Of a stretch of DNA of 64,000 nucleotides, positions 55,767 to 64,000 are shown in pieces. The notes under the pieces were generated by a model that had not been told where the DNA came from, ran no database searches, and worked only from the letters and a program-made list of their open reading frames with translations. Source of the stretch: Gloeobacterales cyanobacterium (lineage in GTDB: Bacteria > Cyanobacteriota > Cyanobacteriia > Gloeobacterales > PMM-0068); the NCBI GenBank assembly GCA_038245785.1, contig JBBRSB010000017.1, positions 10,942-74,941 of the forward strand, given 5' to 3'. The stretch's first letter is position 1; each line of letters starts with the position of its first letter. Made by a program: the position numbers and the translations under genes.

Positions 55767-56468
55767 TTATTTGTAATTTGGTGAAAATAAATTGTATTTT
55801 AAAATACAATAAATAGCTTGGAATCCATCTTTCCAGCCTATTTTTTTCCCTTCCTTATAGGTGCGTCCATAATAAGAAATTCCAACTTCATAAATACGAC
55901 ATCCTGTTTTAGCTACTTTTGCGGTAATTTCGGGTTCAAAGCCAAAACGATTCTCCTGGATTTTGATTGATTGAATGATCTCTTTTCGAAAGGCTTTATA
56001 GCAGGTTTCCATATCAGTAAGGTTTATGTTAGTAAGCATATTGGATAAGGTCGTTAAAAATCTGTTGCCCAACATATGCCAATAATAAACTACTCTATGA
56101 GGCCTACTTCCTTGAAATCGAGAACCGAAAACTACATCCGCTTTGTTTTTCAGGATAGGTTCTATCATTAGCGCATATTCTTGAGGATCGTATTCCAAAT
56201 CAGCATCTTGGACAATAACTATATCTCCACTTGCTGCGGAGAATCCAGTTCGTAATGCAGCACCCTTTCCTTGATTGACACTATGATAAATAATCTTATC
56301 AACTTGCAACTCCATAGTTGATTTTAGAAGATCTCTAGTTCCATCAGTTGAACAATCATCCACAATGATAATTTCACAATTCTCGATAGGAGATGCTTTA
56401 ATAGCTTCAACAACTTGAGCAATTGTTCCAAGTTCGTTAAAGCAAGGAATAACAACAGATAATTTCAT
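55767..56468 (-). CDS. GT2 polyprenyl-phosphate glycosyltransferase (Dpm1/ArnC/GtrB-like)
   Basis: [30 protein letters not shown] and FGFEPE motifs. Confidence 0.9.
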   Translation of the reverse strand: MKLSVVIPCFNELGTIAQVVEAIKASPIENCEIIIVDDCSTDGTRDLLKSTMELQVDKIIYHSVNQGKGAALRTGFSAASGDIVIVQDADLEYDPQEYALMIEPILKNKADVVFGSRFQGSRPHRVVYYWHMLGNRFLTTLSNMLTNINLTDMETCYKAFRKEIIQSIKIQENRFGFEPEITAKVAKTGCRIYEVGISYYGRTYKEGKKIGWKDGFQAIYCILKYNLFSPNYK

Positions 56469-56831
56469 TATTTTTGGCCCTTAATTATAATGTAGAATTA
56501 TTCATCTCAAACTGGCATTGCAGCCATTCTAGTTAATAGATCATATAGGTGAATCGCCAACATGATTACCCTTTCAAGGACGGTAAAGTGTTCCACTGAG
56601 GTGGGAAACTCTAGTAGCCTCGATCCCCACTTGAGGTAAGCTAAGCCAAACTATACCCTGTCAAAAAAGTGAATACAAGATGCTGATTACCGACGGCCAT
56701 TCTAAACCATGTTTGCGATTCCCACATACTTTGGCCTCAAGATATGAGGTTGCAGGAGAGCAGCTGAGATCCAAAAACCGTCGAAACTACTCTGCATAGA
56801 CCAAGTCATTATTCGGAGATACAGGTTCATT

Positions 56832-57083
56832 TTATTGAACTTGGCTAAGGTTAGCGCTCTTTAATATTGAAGGATACAGTATTTTTACAGAGTAAGCGCA
56901 CCTTGTTATAAGAGTGGCACCTGCAACATGACTGGCCAAGGCCAAACGTTTCACGACCCATTCTGGCTTGCTCTCGGTTGCTGTAATTGCCATGCGCAGG
57001 GTTTTTATGACCAAGCCCTTTTTCTTCCTATCTAAAATGACTGCGTCACGTAAGCTAGGAGGGGCTAACTCCAAGATGTGCAT
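56832..57083 (-). CDS. hypothetical protein (weak call)
   Basis: The ORF starts 18 nt downstream of the metallophosphoesterase stop on the same strand. No family recognised. Confidence 0.25.
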   Translation of the reverse strand: MHILELAPPSLRDAVILDRKKKGLVIKTLRMAITATESKPEWVVKRLALASHVAGATLITRCAYSVKILYPSILKSANLSQVQ

Positions 57084-57101
57084 ACACAGCCAAGTTTTTC
57101 T

Positions 57102-57815
57102 CTAACTAAAAACGCGCTCAAAATACATAGTCTGTTCTTCGGTATCCAGTACGGCACAGACCGAAGGTAAGCGGTCAAAGAGCAACTGCGAGGTATTGCC
57201 GCAGGAGATGACGTATTTATTTTGGCTCCAGTCCATTTGCTGTGTCCAACTACGTTCCGCCTGCTGCCAAGGATCAATCATTTCTAATCCCTCTGGCGTT
57301 TGGATATGAATCCGGGTGCAGTGGACATGGCCTGAAAGAGTCAAAGGGGTGGGTGCAAGGGCTAAGGTGCGCTGCACATTCGTTGCGTTGTGGAGGAGCG
57401 TATAGCGGTCTTCATAGCAAGCATGGACCGCCGTTACTTCTGGATGAGGCATGAGTTGCTCCGGTAGATTATCTAAAAATTCTTGGTGCTCAGGCGTAAG
57501 GCATTGTTGCGTTAGACGAGTATGCAACTCTGATTTAGGATTGAAAAAAACAATCTTGTCATCCTTCCCATAGTTGACCGCTCCGTGGTCATGATTACCG
57601 CCTACGGTAGGGATAGCCCACTGCTGGATTGTCTGGACAACTTCATTGGGCCGCTGACCATGAACAACGAGATCGCCAAGGCACAGCAACCGATCCACGC
57701 TCAATTTTTCTAAGCGCTTCAAGACCTGCACCAAAGATGCGAAGTCGCCATGTACGTCCGTAAAGATCCCTAGTTTCACAGCTCTAGTGTGCCCTACCTT
57801 TCTTCCGCTCGCCAT
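57102..57815 (-). CDS. metallophosphoesterase (calcineurin-like)
   Basis: GIFTDVHGD, CLGDLVVHG, GGNHDH and SGHVH motifs. Confidence 0.85.
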   Translation of the reverse strand: MASGRKVGHTRAVKLGIFTDVHGDFASLVQVLKRLEKLSVDRLLCLGDLVVHGQRPNEVVQTIQQWAIPTVGGNHDHGAVNYGKDDKIVFFNPKSELHTRLTQQCLTPEHQEFLDNLPEQLMPHPEVTAVHACYEDRYTLLHNATNVQRTLALAPTPLTLSGHVHCTRIHIQTPEGLEMIDPWQQAERSWTQQMDWSQNKYVISCGNTSQLLFDRLPSVCAVLDTEEQTMYFERVFS

Positions 57816-57831
57816 AGCTAAAGGAGAAAAG

Positions 57832-58521
57832 TTATTTAGGCAGGCGATCCAAATCCCGGTTCGCCCCGATCAAAACGATCAGATCTCCGGCTCGCATAAT
57901 ATCTTTAGGCCCTGGGTTGATATTAAATTTGTCTTCATGCCGGATAGCCAATACATTTACTCCGTAGCGATTTCGTAGCTCCAATTCTTGCAGCGGTATG
58001 TCTGTAAACTTTTCCGGTGCGATCACTTCTACAATGCTGTGTTCATTATCTAGCTGCAGAGATTCCAGGATGCCATTGGAAGTTAGAGAAAGAGCGACAT
58101 TTCTGCCCATATCGCTCTCAGGATAGACCACTCGGTCTGCTCCTACTTTTTGGAGGACTATCCCTTGAATAGGGCTAATCGCTTTAGCGACCACATGGGC
58201 GACGCCTAAAGATTTGGCATTGAGCGTCGTGAGAATACTTTGTTCCAAAGCGCTCCCGATGGCCACAACGACAACGCCAAACTCACAAATTCCCGTCTGG
58301 CGTAAAGCTTCTGGATCGGTGGCATCCACCTGAAGCACCTGAGTCGCGAGGTCTTCTCCTGCCGCTTGACGAACCCGCTCCTCGTCCTTGTCCAAACCGA
58401 GTACGTCATACCCCAGTTGATGGAGGGTGCGCGCTACCGCCGTACCAAAACGCCCCAACCCAATCACTACAAACTGATGTCGCTGATCCGTTTTAAACCA
58501 ATTTTTAAAGGAAAGTTCCAT
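57832..58521 (-). CDS. ktrA: potassium uptake protein KtrA/TrkA (RCK N and C domains)
   Basis: FVVIGLGRFG Rossmann motif and a C-terminal TrkA-C domain (GDLIVLIG). It is adjacent to a TrkH-family gene. Confidence 0.9.
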   Translation of the reverse strand: MELSFKNWFKTDQRHQFVVIGLGRFGTAVARTLHQLGYDVLGLDKDEERVRQAAGEDLATQVLQVDATDPEALRQTGICEFGVVVVAIGSALEQSILTTLNAKSLGVAHVVAKAISPIQGIVLQKVGADRVVYPESDMGRNVALSLTSNGILESLQLDNEHSIVEVIAPEKFTDIPLQELELRNRYGVNVLAIRHEDKFNINPGPKDIMRAGDLIVLIGANRDLDRLPK

Positions 58522-58530
58522 GCTTATTTT

Positions 58531-59892
58531 CTAGCCTATTAGGATCGGTTCTTCGGGCTGTCGATAGAGGGCAGCAGGCTTGCGGGTCAAGAGTGATTCT
58601 GCCAAAAGGAGAAAACCTACTCTTCCTACATACATCGTGAGAATAAGGATAAGCTGCCCGCCTGACGATATTTGGGCCGTGATCCCTGTGGAAAGACCAA
58701 CGGTACAGAAGCCGGAAACCACTTCGAATAAAAGTTTAACGAAGGATATATGGGGGTCCGTGAGGGTTAGGCCCATGACGGCAAAGGCCATAGTAGCGGT
58801 GGAACCGAGGAGTACGGCGCTGGCTTTGCGAATAGTGGCAGCACTGAGTCTACGGTCCAGGAGCATCACATCTTCTTTACCTCCTACTACGGCGAACACA
58901 TTACTCACCAGAATGGCAAAGGTTGTTGTTTTCAAACCACCGCCTGTGGAAGCGGGAGAGGCCCCAATCAGCATCAGGAGAATCAGCCAAAACCAGTCTG
59001 CCTCTTGCATTCCATCTAAGGGAACGGCATTAAACCCTGCCGTCCGAGCGCTAATCGAATGAAAAATGGCATTACTCAACTGACGAGAAGTATCTAAGCC
59101 CCCTAGCGTTTTCGGATTGTTGAATTCAATCAGGAAAATGCCTATCGCTCCGACCACAATCAGAATAGCGGAAGTAAGCGTGACAACCCTCGTGTGCAGA
59201 GAAAATTTTGTGGTTTTAAAATTTCTGCGCCATCTTAAGGTGCCTGGTTCATGCGTCCATAGACTTTGATACAGCTCAATCCAGACCTGATAGCCCAGTC
59301 CGCCTGCGACGACAAGAAAGCCTAGAACAGCCAAGAGCCAGAAATTATTTTGAAAAGGAATCAAATTATCCACTAGGAGGCCAAACCCGGCGTTATTGAA
59401 AGCGCTGACGCTATGAAATACAGAAAACCATAGCCCTACCGTCAATCCCATCTTGTCGATCATCATCGGTGCCATTAAGAGGGCTCCGATTATTTCGAAG
59501 CCGAGGGTCAGCGCAGCAACTCGACCTAGTAAACGCACCACCTCAATTCCTCCAAGACCGCCCAAAGTTTCTTTGAGGGCCAAACGGTCTCGAAAACTAA
59601 GGCGTTTCCCAACCAATAAGAGGAGAAAAGTAGTAGCGGTCATGTATCCCAATCCGCCTAGTTGGATCAGCAGACAGATAACCGCTTGACCAAAGAAGGA
59701 ATAATAGCTTCCCGTATCCACAACCACCAAGCCCGTTACACAGATGGCTGAAGTACTGGTAAATAGAGCAATCAGAAAAGTATTCCATTCTCCTGAAGCC
59801 GTCGCCCAAGGCAGCATCAAAAGCAGCGTTCCCGCCAGGATGAAGGCTACAAAGCCAAGACAAATAGTACGGGCAGGAGAGAGGGTGAGCAC
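58531..59892 (-). CDS. ktrB: TrkH/KtrB family potassium transporter
   Basis: 453 aa with four MPM repeats and glycine filter motifs (TGLVVVDT, NNAGFG, RTAGFN, CTVGLSTG). Confidence 0.92.
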   Translation of the reverse strand: MLTLSPARTICLGFVAFILAGTLLLMLPWATASGEWNTFLIALFTSTSAICVTGLVVVDTGSYYSFFGQAVICLLIQLGGLGYMTATTFLLLLVGKRLSFRDRLALKETLGGLGGIEVVRLLGRVAALTLGFEIIGALLMAPMMIDKMGLTVGLWFSVFHSVSAFNNAGFGLLVDNLIPFQNNFWLLAVLGFLVVAGGLGYQVWIELYQSLWTHEPGTLRWRRNFKTTKFSLHTRVVTLTSAILIVVGAIGIFLIEFNNPKTLGGLDTSRQLSNAIFHSISARTAGFNAVPLDGMQEADWFWLILLMLIGASPASTGGGLKTTTFAILVSNVFAVVGGKEDVMLLDRRLSAATIRKASAVLLGSTATMAFAVMGLTLTDPHISFVKLLFEVVSGFCTVGLSTGITAQISSGGQLILILTMYVGRVGFLLLAESLLTRKPAALYRQPEEPILIG

Positions 59893-59961
59893 CGAAGGGC
59901 CTTATCTCATTGGTTTTACCCAATTTAACTAGGACGAACTTTGAGCTGCCACTTTTTCCCC

Positions 59962-60315
59962 TTAATCCTCAACCTCCTCAGGTTCTCTATCAGAGCCGCC
60001 TTCCTCAGGCCAGATGATCTCTGAACCGAGGACCTCTCTCAAGAGGTCTTGGAAATCAGCTTCGTCGTTGAGAAGGTAGATATCCATGAGTTCCACTTGA
60101 GCAAAAACTCCTGGAGAACGGTCTTGGGCATAGACATTCGCCTCAAACTCCACCTCATCCCCAACCAGTTCTAATCGGACCTCAATTTTTCCGTGTTGTT
60201 CAATCGGGAAGCGCCCCACACAGCGGGTTGGTTCTTGGTCACACTGGGGAGTCCGGCGGGCCAGTATACGGGAGACAGACTGGAATAGTTCTTCAGAAGA
60301 TGAGGACATGAGCAC
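59962..60315 (-). CDS. hypothetical acidic protein
   Basis: Clean ORF. No recognised family. Confidence 0.45.
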   Translation of the reverse strand: MLMSSSSEELFQSVSRILARRTPQCDQEPTRCVGRFPIEQHGKIEVRLELVGDEVEFEANVYAQDRSPGVFAQVELMDIYLLNDEADFQDLLREVLGSEIIWPEEGGSDREPEEVED

Positions 60316-60366
60316 GTGATAGGTAATTCTTGGCCTATCTTAGAAGGTGTAGCGCACCTCTAGACC

Positions 60367-60567
60367 GTGGACGATTTTTTTAAGGCAGTTTCTAAATATC
60401 CCTTTTTTCTGGCAAGCGTCATCCTTGGCGTATTTTTTGATGCTTGGAACACTAGGGTCAAACCCCTCCTCGCTAACCCTCTGTCAGCAACCTTTGTCAT
60501 CGTCGCTTTAGGGTTAGGAGGAGCTGGTTTGGTGTTTACCTTAAGGGCTATGCTGCGACTCGGTTGA
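60367..60567 (+). CDS. small membrane protein (DUF751-like)
   Basis: The DFFKAVSKYPFFLASVILGVF pattern plus a second TM. GTG start. Confidence 0.5.
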   Translation: MDDFFKAVSKYPFFLASVILGVFFDAWNTRVKPLLANPLSATFVIVALGLGGAGLVFTLRAMLRLG

Positions 60568-60571
60568 CGGG

Positions 60572-60769
60572 CTATGCAGCTCTTTTGTGGTCAGAAGAGT
60601 CTTGAGAGGCCTGCTGTCCATCGTTATGGCCCATGCTATAGGCCATGTCTACGAGTCCCACAGTCATATTGGTGATTTTCAATGCCTCCAGAGCGTCTAA
60701 GGGCTCTGTAACATTGATCATGAATTTCTCTACTGCGCTACGCAACATTTCGGGAGAAGTGATTTTCAT
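60572..60769 (-). CDS. hypothetical small protein
   Basis: ORF only. Confidence 0.3.
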   Translation of the reverse strand: MKITSPEMLRSAVEKFMINVTEPLDALEALKITNMTVGLVDMAYSMGHNDGQQASQDSSDHKRAA

Positions 60770-60915
60770 GGCATTCCTTTTGGTCTCAGTATATTTATTG
60801 TAGCTCGCAATATTAAGAAACGTTAAGCCTTAAACCCTCGCCATGGCGTGAAGGGTTCGTAAGGCAAGGGTTTGAGCTAAGATCTGGATGCGTAACATTT
60901 GGATATAAAAAACCT

Positions 60916-61071
60916 ATGAGCCCGTTAATATTTTTTGGTGCCATCATCGTCCTTATTGGCCTCCTGGCATCTACTGCCCTCTTTTTTATCGGCAAGAGTG
61001 GACAACCTCTATTCCCTAATTTGCAGAATCTACCCGACGCTCTCCCTTTTGGCAAAAAGAAAAGTTCTTAG
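60916..61071 (+). CDS. unlisted 51-aa single-TM ORF
   Basis: Reads MSPLIFFGAIIVLIGLLASTALFFIGKSGQPLFPNLQNLPDALPFGKKKSS. It falls below the ORF-track cutoff. The translation is more protein-like than the 80-aa antisense ORF. Confidence 0.35.
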   Translation: MSPLIFFGAIIVLIGLLASTALFFIGKSGQPLFPNLQNLPDALPFGKKKSS

Positions 61072-61121
61072 GTTGAACGTGGAACTCTTTATAGTGTGAT
61101 TTCTGCTCTGAACTTACGTTT

Positions 61122-62246
61122 GTGAGATATCGTTTTGTGAATGCTTCTGCCTCGCATCCTCTGAATTCTGTCATTGCACCGGCCCAAGTTCTTAGAGGAT
61201 GGAAGATTCTAGAACAGCTAGAACATCATCTCTCTGCTTTAGGAGAGCGGCCTTTAGTCATTGGCGGCAAGATAGGCGTTGACCTTTTCAAAGAGCAGGT
61301 TCCTCATCTTGCGCACCTGGCTTACGCTTCCTACGGCATAGATTGCACGTATCAAACTATTGATGCTCTGGCCCAAGCGGGGCATGAACACCATGCTGGG
61401 GTAATCCTAGGTGTAGGTGGAGGTAAGGCCTTAGATGCCGCTAAATTGGTCGCCTATCGTCTGGGCGTTCCCGTTGTGACCATTCCCACCAGTGCTGCTA
61501 CCTGTGCGGCTTGGGCACCCTTGTCGAATCTTTATTCGGAGCAAGGGACCTGGCTAGAAGGGGTGGAAATCCCAAGGGCTCCTGAACTTTTGCTCTTGGA
61601 CTATGCTCTGATTCAAAAGGCTCCTGTGCGTACGCTCGTGGCGGGTATCGGGGATGCTCTGGCCAAATGGTACGAATCTTCCGTCAGTAGTGGCGTGAGT
61701 GCTACAGGGGGAGGACAGAGTGATGTGCTGGTGATTGCAGCAGTCCAGCAAGCCAGAATTCTCCGGGATATTTTGTTCTTGAAAGGGGAAGAAGCGGTCC
61801 GAGATCCTCAAAGTAAGTCTTGGGAACAGGTGGTGGATGCCAATGTGCTCTTGGCTGGTTTGGTTGGAGGATTAGGAGGCGAGCGGTGCCGGACCGTCGC
61901 TGCCCATGCGGTGCATAATGCCTTGACCACGCTTCCTACGACTCGCGCTAGTCTGCATGGAGAGAAGGTCGCCCTTGGAATCTTGGTGCAGCTGCGCTTG
62001 GAAGAAACTTTATCAGGTAACCGTCTCGCGGAGATTGCCCGTCAGCAGTTGATTCAGTTTTACCGGGCCGTTGGTTTACCCTTGACTTTGACCGATTTAA
62101 ACCTAGGCCCCCTTACGCCAGAGATGCTCTTAGCGGTGGCTCGCCATGCCTGTGCACCTGGGTCAGATCTTCACTATCTTCCCTTTAGTGTTCCTCCAGA
62201 ATCACTGGTCCAGGCGCTGGTTGCTGAAGAGCTGGCTTTGTTATAG
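61122..62246 (+). CDS. iron-containing alcohol dehydrogenase / glycerol dehydrogenase family protein
   Basis: ILGVGGGKALDAAK, PTSAATCA, DALAKW and HAVHNAL are motifs of the Fe-ADH/GldA fold. Confidence 0.85.
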   Translation: MRYRFVNASASHPLNSVIAPAQVLRGWKILEQLEHHLSALGERPLVIGGKIGVDLFKEQVPHLAHLAYASYGIDCTYQTIDALAQAGHEHHAGVILGVGGGKALDAAKLVAYRLGVPVVTIPTSAATCAAWAPLSNLYSEQGTWLEGVEIPRAPELLLLDYALIQKAPVRTLVAGIGDALAKWYESSVSSGVSATGGGQSDVLVIAAVQQARILRDILFLKGEEAVRDPQSKSWEQVVDANVLLAGLVGGLGGERCRTVAAHAVHNALTTLPTTRASLHGEKVALGILVQLRLEETLSGNRLAEIARQQLIQFYRAVGLPLTLTDLNLGPLTPEMLLAVARHACAPGSDLHYLPFSVPPESLVQALVAEELALL

Positions 62247-62936
62247 TCATAGCGGCACGGTGGGGAATAGGGGTGCCAGAAGCACTTGCACCTGGTTATC
62301 CCAGCCAAGCAGAATCGCTATTGCTGAAGCTGCGATTAGGATGCCAGAAGTCCGTTGAATCGTCTCCGTATGGGGATAGAGCCAGCGAAGTTTTTGGGCT
62401 GCATTTTTGCTGCCGTAGGCGATGGCAAGCATCGGGACGCCCGCCCCTAGAGAATAAGCAAGCAGGGCCAGAAACCCAGGCAAAACAGCTTGTTTAACGG
62501 CTATCAAAGTGATGATCGAACCTAGAATCGGCCCAGCACAGGGCACCCAGACTAAACCTAGTTGGGTGCCCACCCAGAATTCTCCCCATAGCCCTTGCCG
62601 CTTCGGTTCTGGAGCATGGATATTCAGGAATGACAAGCGAGCAAAAGCCCAGTAGCCCAACTTAGGAAAAGCTGAGCTAAGGCCCAAGAGAAAGAGGAGG
62701 ACGATAGACCCTTGGCGCAAAGCAGACGTCAAGGGACCGAGAAACTGAGCTGATAATCCGAGGAGGCTACCCGTCAGGGCAAAAGAAAGGGCTAATCCAA
62801 GAACAAGGGCCAGTGGACCATGACGATGACTTTGCAGAGCCCTACCGACCAGAATCGGCAGAATCGGTAGGATACAGGGTGACAGGATTGTGACCAGACC
62901 TGCCAAAAGAGCAAGACCGAACAAGGAGAGACTCAT
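62247..62936 (-). CDS. ccdA: cytochrome c biogenesis protein CcdA/DsbD-family thiol-disulfide transporter
   Basis: LSPCILPILP and WVPCAGPILG Cys motifs, 6-TM protein. Confidence 0.88.
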   Translation of the reverse strand: MSLSLFGLALLAGLVTILSPCILPILPILVGRALQSHRHGPLALVLGLALSFALTGSLLGLSAQFLGPLTSALRQGSIVLLFLLGLSSAFPKLGYWAFARLSFLNIHAPEPKRQGLWGEFWVGTQLGLVWVPCAGPILGSIITLIAVKQAVLPGFLALLAYSLGAGVPMLAIAYGSKNAAQKLRWLYPHTETIQRTSGILIAASAIAILLGWDNQVQVLLAPLFPTVPL

Positions 62937-62937
62937 T

Positions 62938-63507
62938 TTAAGCTTCAGCTAAGAGTTTTTGGACCATCCGGTCTGTCTCTTTATAACCGCCTTCGCCAAT
63001 GTGGTCATAGCGCAGACGACCTGTTTTATCAGCAATGAATAAATGAGGCCAATACTCATTTTGATAGGCCCGCCAGGTTTGAAATCCGTTGTCAACAGGC
63101 ACCGCATAGGTTATGCCATGCTTCTTGATTGCCTCTTTGATGTTGTTGATATCCCGTTCGTAGGGAAACTCAGGCGTATGAACGCCAACGATCACCAGGC
63201 CCTGGTCTGCATACTTTTGATTCAGACTAACGATGCTCGGTAGGGTCCGCTGACAATTAATGCAGCCCAACGTCCAGAATTGAACCGCCACCACCCTGCC
63301 TTTTAGTTTTTGGGTCGTGAGCGGTTGCCCGTTCAGCCAGGCTTCAATGCCTTGAAACTCTGGCAGGCTATCTCCATTACTAATTGCCTGCGCGGATGAC
63401 GTAGCCCACGAGGTAGCCAGTCCCACTCCCAATAGACCAAGGGTTTGACGACGGGAAAATAAGTTCACAGAAATCTCCGTAGGTCTCGTGTTTATAATAC
63501 GCAGCAC
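62938..63507 (-). CDS. thioredoxin-like (redoxin/TlpA-ResA type) periplasmic protein
   Basis: Signal/Tat-like N-terminus. FWTLGCINCQ CxxC motif. Coupled to ccdA with a 1-nt gap. Confidence 0.88.
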   Translation of the reverse strand: MLRIINTRPTEISVNLFSRRQTLGLLGVGLATSWATSSAQAISNGDSLPEFQGIEAWLNGQPLTTQKLKGRVVAVQFWTLGCINCQRTLPSIVSLNQKYADQGLVIVGVHTPEFPYERDINNIKEAIKKHGITYAVPVDNGFQTWRAYQNEYWPHLFIADKTGRLRYDHIGEGGYKETDRMVQKLLAEA

Positions 63508-63637
63508 GAAGAAGGACAGATTTCTATAACCCTAAAGTGCTTGCGCAGGAAGGTCGCCTTCCCACGAAAAAGCCTGACACGGGCTAGCTAAGACACAGTA
63601 TCAGGCTTCACAAAGTAGAAAGAGTGCCCAGTTAGCT

Positions 63638-64000
63638 CTACGGCTTAGTAGGAGTGGTAGGGGAAGGGGCAGTGGGGTCAGTTGCGCCACCACTTGGGGC
63701 AGTAGGCGAAGTCGTGGCGCCACCGCTAGGTGAAGTGGAGCTACCAGGTGCTGACATTGAATCGCCAGCGCTGCCAGAACTGCTACCAGCACTACCAGGT
63801 GCTGTTGGGGAGCTGGAGCCACTAGGTGAGTTAGAGGGAGCGCTCTTCATCATAGAAGAGTCCTCACCTGCGGGCGTCTTCATAGAATCACCACTTGCGG
63901 GCGCCTTCATAGAATCGCTAGCAGGAGCTTTCTTCTTCATTGCATCACCGCTTTTCTTCTTCTTCTCAGCAGGCTTTGCCGTGGGGCTTGCTTGAGTCAG
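63638..64000 (-). CDS. low-complexity Ser/Pro/Gly/Lys-rich protein (5' end may lie outside window)
   Basis: The frame stays open to the window edge. It contains DSMK[AT]PA repeats and a long S/P/G/T-rich tail. Confidence 0.45.
   Translation of the reverse strand: MTQASPTAKPAEKKKKSGDAMKKKAPASDSMKAPASGDSMKTPAGEDSSMMKSAPSNSPSGSSSPTAPGSAGSSSGSAGDSMSAPGSSTSPSGGATTSPTAPSGGATDPTAPSPTTPTKP
63845..63931. repeat. three imperfect tandem 27-33-nt repeats
   Basis: The units begin with CTTCAT(CAT)AGAA at 63845, 63878 and 63905. They encode DSSMMK/DSMKTPAGE/DSMKAPASG on the minus strand. Confidence 0.7.

Noticed and set aside
56590-56640. tRNA-like T-arm resemblance (GCCTCGATCCCCAC)
   Set aside because: There is no acceptor stem, anticodon arm or CCA-compatible 3' end around it, and it deviates from the GTTCGA/T-loop consensus.
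60813-61055. 80-aa minus-strand ORF
   Set aside because: Its composition is Arg/Pro/Gly-rich. The opposite-strand 51-aa TM ORF is a more plausible coding frame.
63654-63995. 113-aa plus-strand ORF
   Set aside because: It is the mirror frame of the low-complexity repeat region. The minus-strand frame, with Lys-rich and Ser/Pro-rich repeats and open to the contig edge, is preferred, though with limited confidence.
1-64000. CRISPR arrays, rRNA, tRNA and intact IS/transposase genes
   Set aside because: Reading both strands turned up no regularly spaced direct repeats, no rRNA-like or cloverleaf-compatible segments, and no transposase-like ORFs. The only mobile-element trace is the integrase relic at 33413-33499.

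Overview
The window looks like a cyanobacterial chromosomal segment. Supporting signs are the ktrAB potassium uptake genes, a pyruvate kinase with a C-terminal PEP-utilizer domain, a DUF751/DUF2839-type small protein, occasional HIP1 GCGATCGC sites, and G5/C5 palindromic intergenic repeats. About 65 protein genes are packed tightly on both strands. I found no rRNA, tRNA, CRISPR array or intact transposase.

Gene content in order:
- ECF sigma/anti-sigma pair and pyruvate kinase.
- A visibly AT-rich accessory island (about 3.5-10.4 kb) with a RES/Xre toxin-antitoxin pair, a 1420-aa STAND (NACHT-like) NTPase ending in a PD-(D/E)xK nuclease-like domain, and an alpha/beta-hydrolase bracketed by a 66-nt direct repeat.
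- DUF429 nuclease-like protein and E. coli-type nei.
- A GT2-TPR-LptC-like operon.
- An orphan HigA antitoxin with a toxin relic.
- RND efflux operon 1, an MprF-like protein, and a PepSY/OmpR/histidine-kinase set.
- A frameshifted dinB.
- HicAB plus GC-rich foreign-looking genes next to a decayed integron-integrase-like fragment.
- CDF transporter plus CzcCBA heavy-metal efflux.
- A sulfur-detoxification-like set: MBL persulfide-dioxygenase-like protein, truncated rhodanese, TauE.
- A secreted beta-helix protein, MazEF, topA and rlmN.
- A low-GC Gtr-like three-gene glycosylation cluster.
- ktrAB and a CcdA/thioredoxin pair.

The best candidate for an undescribed system is the STAND-nuclease plus hydrolase module and its repeat-bracketed cassette structure. 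All similarity calls come from motif recognition by eye. No database search was run.
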